From Promethearchaeota archaeon (GTDB lineage: Archaea > Asgardarchaeota > Lokiarchaeia > Sigyniarchaeales > SOKP01), in assembly GCA_016926735.1 (NCBI GenBank), contig JAFGOA010000187.1, positions 1 through 64,000 on the forward strand: a stretch of 64,000 bases of DNA, in the 5' to 3' direction. Below, piece by piece: positions 62,391-64,000 of the stretch. The position numbers were made by a program, and so were the translations under genes. The number at the start of each line of letters is the position of its first letter. The stretch's first letter is position 1. Below the pieces are notes generated by a model. The model saw only the letters and a program-made list of their open reading frames with translations, was not told the origin of the DNA and made no database searches.

Positions 62391-64000
62391 TCAATACTCT
62401 TTATATTTCTCTAATTTCTCTTTTAATTCAATCAATTTTTTCATAGCATCTAAAGGTGTTAGATTCTCGATATTAAGTTGATTGATATCGTTTATTATTA
62501 TATTAAGATTTTTATCATAGCTCAATTCTTTTTTGACTATTGGTTTAAAAAAAGATGTCTGAACTGTTTTCTTTTTATTCGATTCTGAAATAGTTTTTTT
62601 TTTTCCTAAAATTTTTGGAAGTTCTTTATTAGTTTTTAAGTTAATATCTGTTAATTTAGAAATAAGATTTTGAAGATCCTTTCTTTTAATTTCTATTTCA
62701 TTATTAAGATTTTCAAGTTGCTTATTTTTATTATGAATTAATTTATCATGATATTTTGTGGTTCCATTACCCAGTTCATTATTATTTTTAATTGTTGTTT
62801 TTAAAGGATCATCTTTCTCGAGTTGCTCTAATATTTTAAATGCCTCTATTATAACATCATCAGGAATTCCTGCTAATTTGGCTATATGTATACCATAGGA
62901 TTTATCAGTACTCCCCTTTTTCAGTTTTCTTATAAAATTTATTGACCCATCATCATTTTCAATAATATCAAGATGATAATTCTTTACTCTTGGTAAATTA
63001 ATTTCAGTTAATTGATGATAGTGAGTACTAAATAAAGTTTTAACACTCATATCATGCAATTTTTCCAAAGTAGCAATTGCAATACTTTGACCATCACTTG
63101 TGCTTGTTCCTCTCCCAAGCTCATCTATAATAACCAAACTGTTTTTTGTAGCATAATTTAAGATTTTTGCAGTTTCTGTCATCTCGATCATAAAAGTTGA
63201 TAATTTTCTTGCTAAATCATCAGAAGCCCCAATTCGTGTAAATATTTGGTCAATTATTCCTATTTTAGCTGAACTTGCTGGAACGAAACAACCCATTTGA
63301 CCAATTAAACATATTAAAGCAACTTGACGTAAAAAAGTGGATTTTCCTGCCATGTTTGGACCAGTTATAATCAGGATTTGTTCATTATCTGTATCAATAT
63401 AACAATCATTAGGTATAAAGCTTTCACTAGTATTCATCTGTTCTATTACAGGATGTCGACCATCTTTAATTTCTATTTTTTTTTTCTTAGTTAATATTGG
63501 TCTACAATAATTATTTTTTTCAGCTAAATCAGCAAAACTACTATAAACATCAATATATGCTAAATTTTTCGAAGTTTCTAATATATCTAATGTATCGTTA
63601 ACGATTTTATCTCTAATCTTACAAAAGAGATTATATTCTAATTCATTTATCTTTTCTTGAGCCGATAATATTTTTTCTTCTAAAATTTTCAAATCTTTTG
63701 TTGTATATCTTTTTGCATTTTTAAGAGTTTGACGTTCTACATAATTTTCGGGAATATTTTTAATCAGTTCAAGGGTTCTATTTGTTATTTGTATGTAATA
63801 TCCTAAAATATTGTTATAACCGACTTTTAATCCTGAATTTAGATTGAAAATCTTTTTTTCTTTTTCCTCATATTCAAGAAGATATTTTTTTCCGTTATTG
63901 AGAATATCTCTAAGATTATCAACTTCCGAATTATATCCCTGTTTAATTATATTTCCATCCTTTATAGTTATTGGAGGATCATCCTTTATTGTATTTTCAA
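62391..64000 (-). CDS. mutS: DNA mismatch repair protein MutS (5' end lies beyond the window)
   Basis: GRHPV, TGPNMAGKST, STFMIEM, DELGRGT, STHY, SYGI; the frame continues upstream of 63692 (ERQTLKNAKRY). Confidence 0.96.
   Translation of the reverse strand, partial: ENTIKDDPPITIKDGNIIKQGYNSEVDNLRDILNNGKKYLLEYEEKEKKIFNLNSGLKVGYNNILGYYIQITNRTLELIKNIPENYVERQTLKNAKRYTTKDLKILEEKILSAQEKINELEYNLFCKIRDKIVNDTLDILETSKNLAYIDVYSSFADLAEKNNYCRPILTKKKKIEIKDGRHPVIEQMNTSESFIPNDCYIDTDNEQILIITGPNMAGKSTFLRQVALICLIGQMGCFVPASSAKIGIIDQIFTRIGASDDLARKLSTFMIEMTETAKILNYATKNSLVIIDELGRGTSTSDGQSIAIATLEKLHDMSVKTLFSTHYHQLTEINLPRVKNYHLDIIENDDGSINFIRKLKKGSTDKSYGIHIAKLAGIPDDVIIEAFKILEQLEKDDPLKTTIKNNNELGNGTTKYHDKLIHNKNKQLENLNNEIEIKRKDLQNLISKLTDINLKTNKELPKILGKKKTISESNKKKTVQTSFFKPIVKKELSYDKNLNIIINDINQLNIENLTPLDAMKKLIELKEKLEKYKEY

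Noticed and set aside
1-64000. CRISPR array, rRNA, integrase/provirus, intact transposase
   Set aside because: I saw no regularly spaced repeats, no long GC-rich structural RNA and no such ORFs.
60358-64000. mutS-mutL in an archaeon as a novelty
   Set aside because: Bacterial-type MutS/MutL are already known in several archaeal groups, and the motifs here are ordinary.

Overview
Very AT-rich core-genome window from an Asgard archaeon, most likely Lokiarchaeia. The evidence is lokiactin, two Rab-like small GTPases, longin and roadblock proteins, a Loki-type C-terminal sorting signal and archaeal information-processing genes (cdc48, fen1, nob1, aIF5A, srp54, hef, rpoK, pan, EF-1beta, plus mutL/mutS). 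The main result is a 30-nt, stop-containing insertion (54826-54855) inside the conserved SE-x-HG motif of the metabolic gene iorB. It folds into a bulge-helix-bulge (BHB) splice motif whose predicted cut sites restore the reading frame exactly, making it a candidate tRNA-type intron in an mRNA. The window also holds a tRNA-Val(CAC) with three non-canonical introns of similar size (28/29, 44/45, 59/60). Other observations: two genes that apparently start at ATT/ATC (aIF5A and a Vps29-like phosphoesterase missed by the ORF track), three tandem MtdA/MtdB-like dehydrogenases sitting between iorA and iorB, a hairpin-rich IS200/IS605-like non-autonomous element plus a related solo end, and several enzymes with degenerate motifs. 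All calls come from reading motifs by eye; no database searches or folding programs were run.
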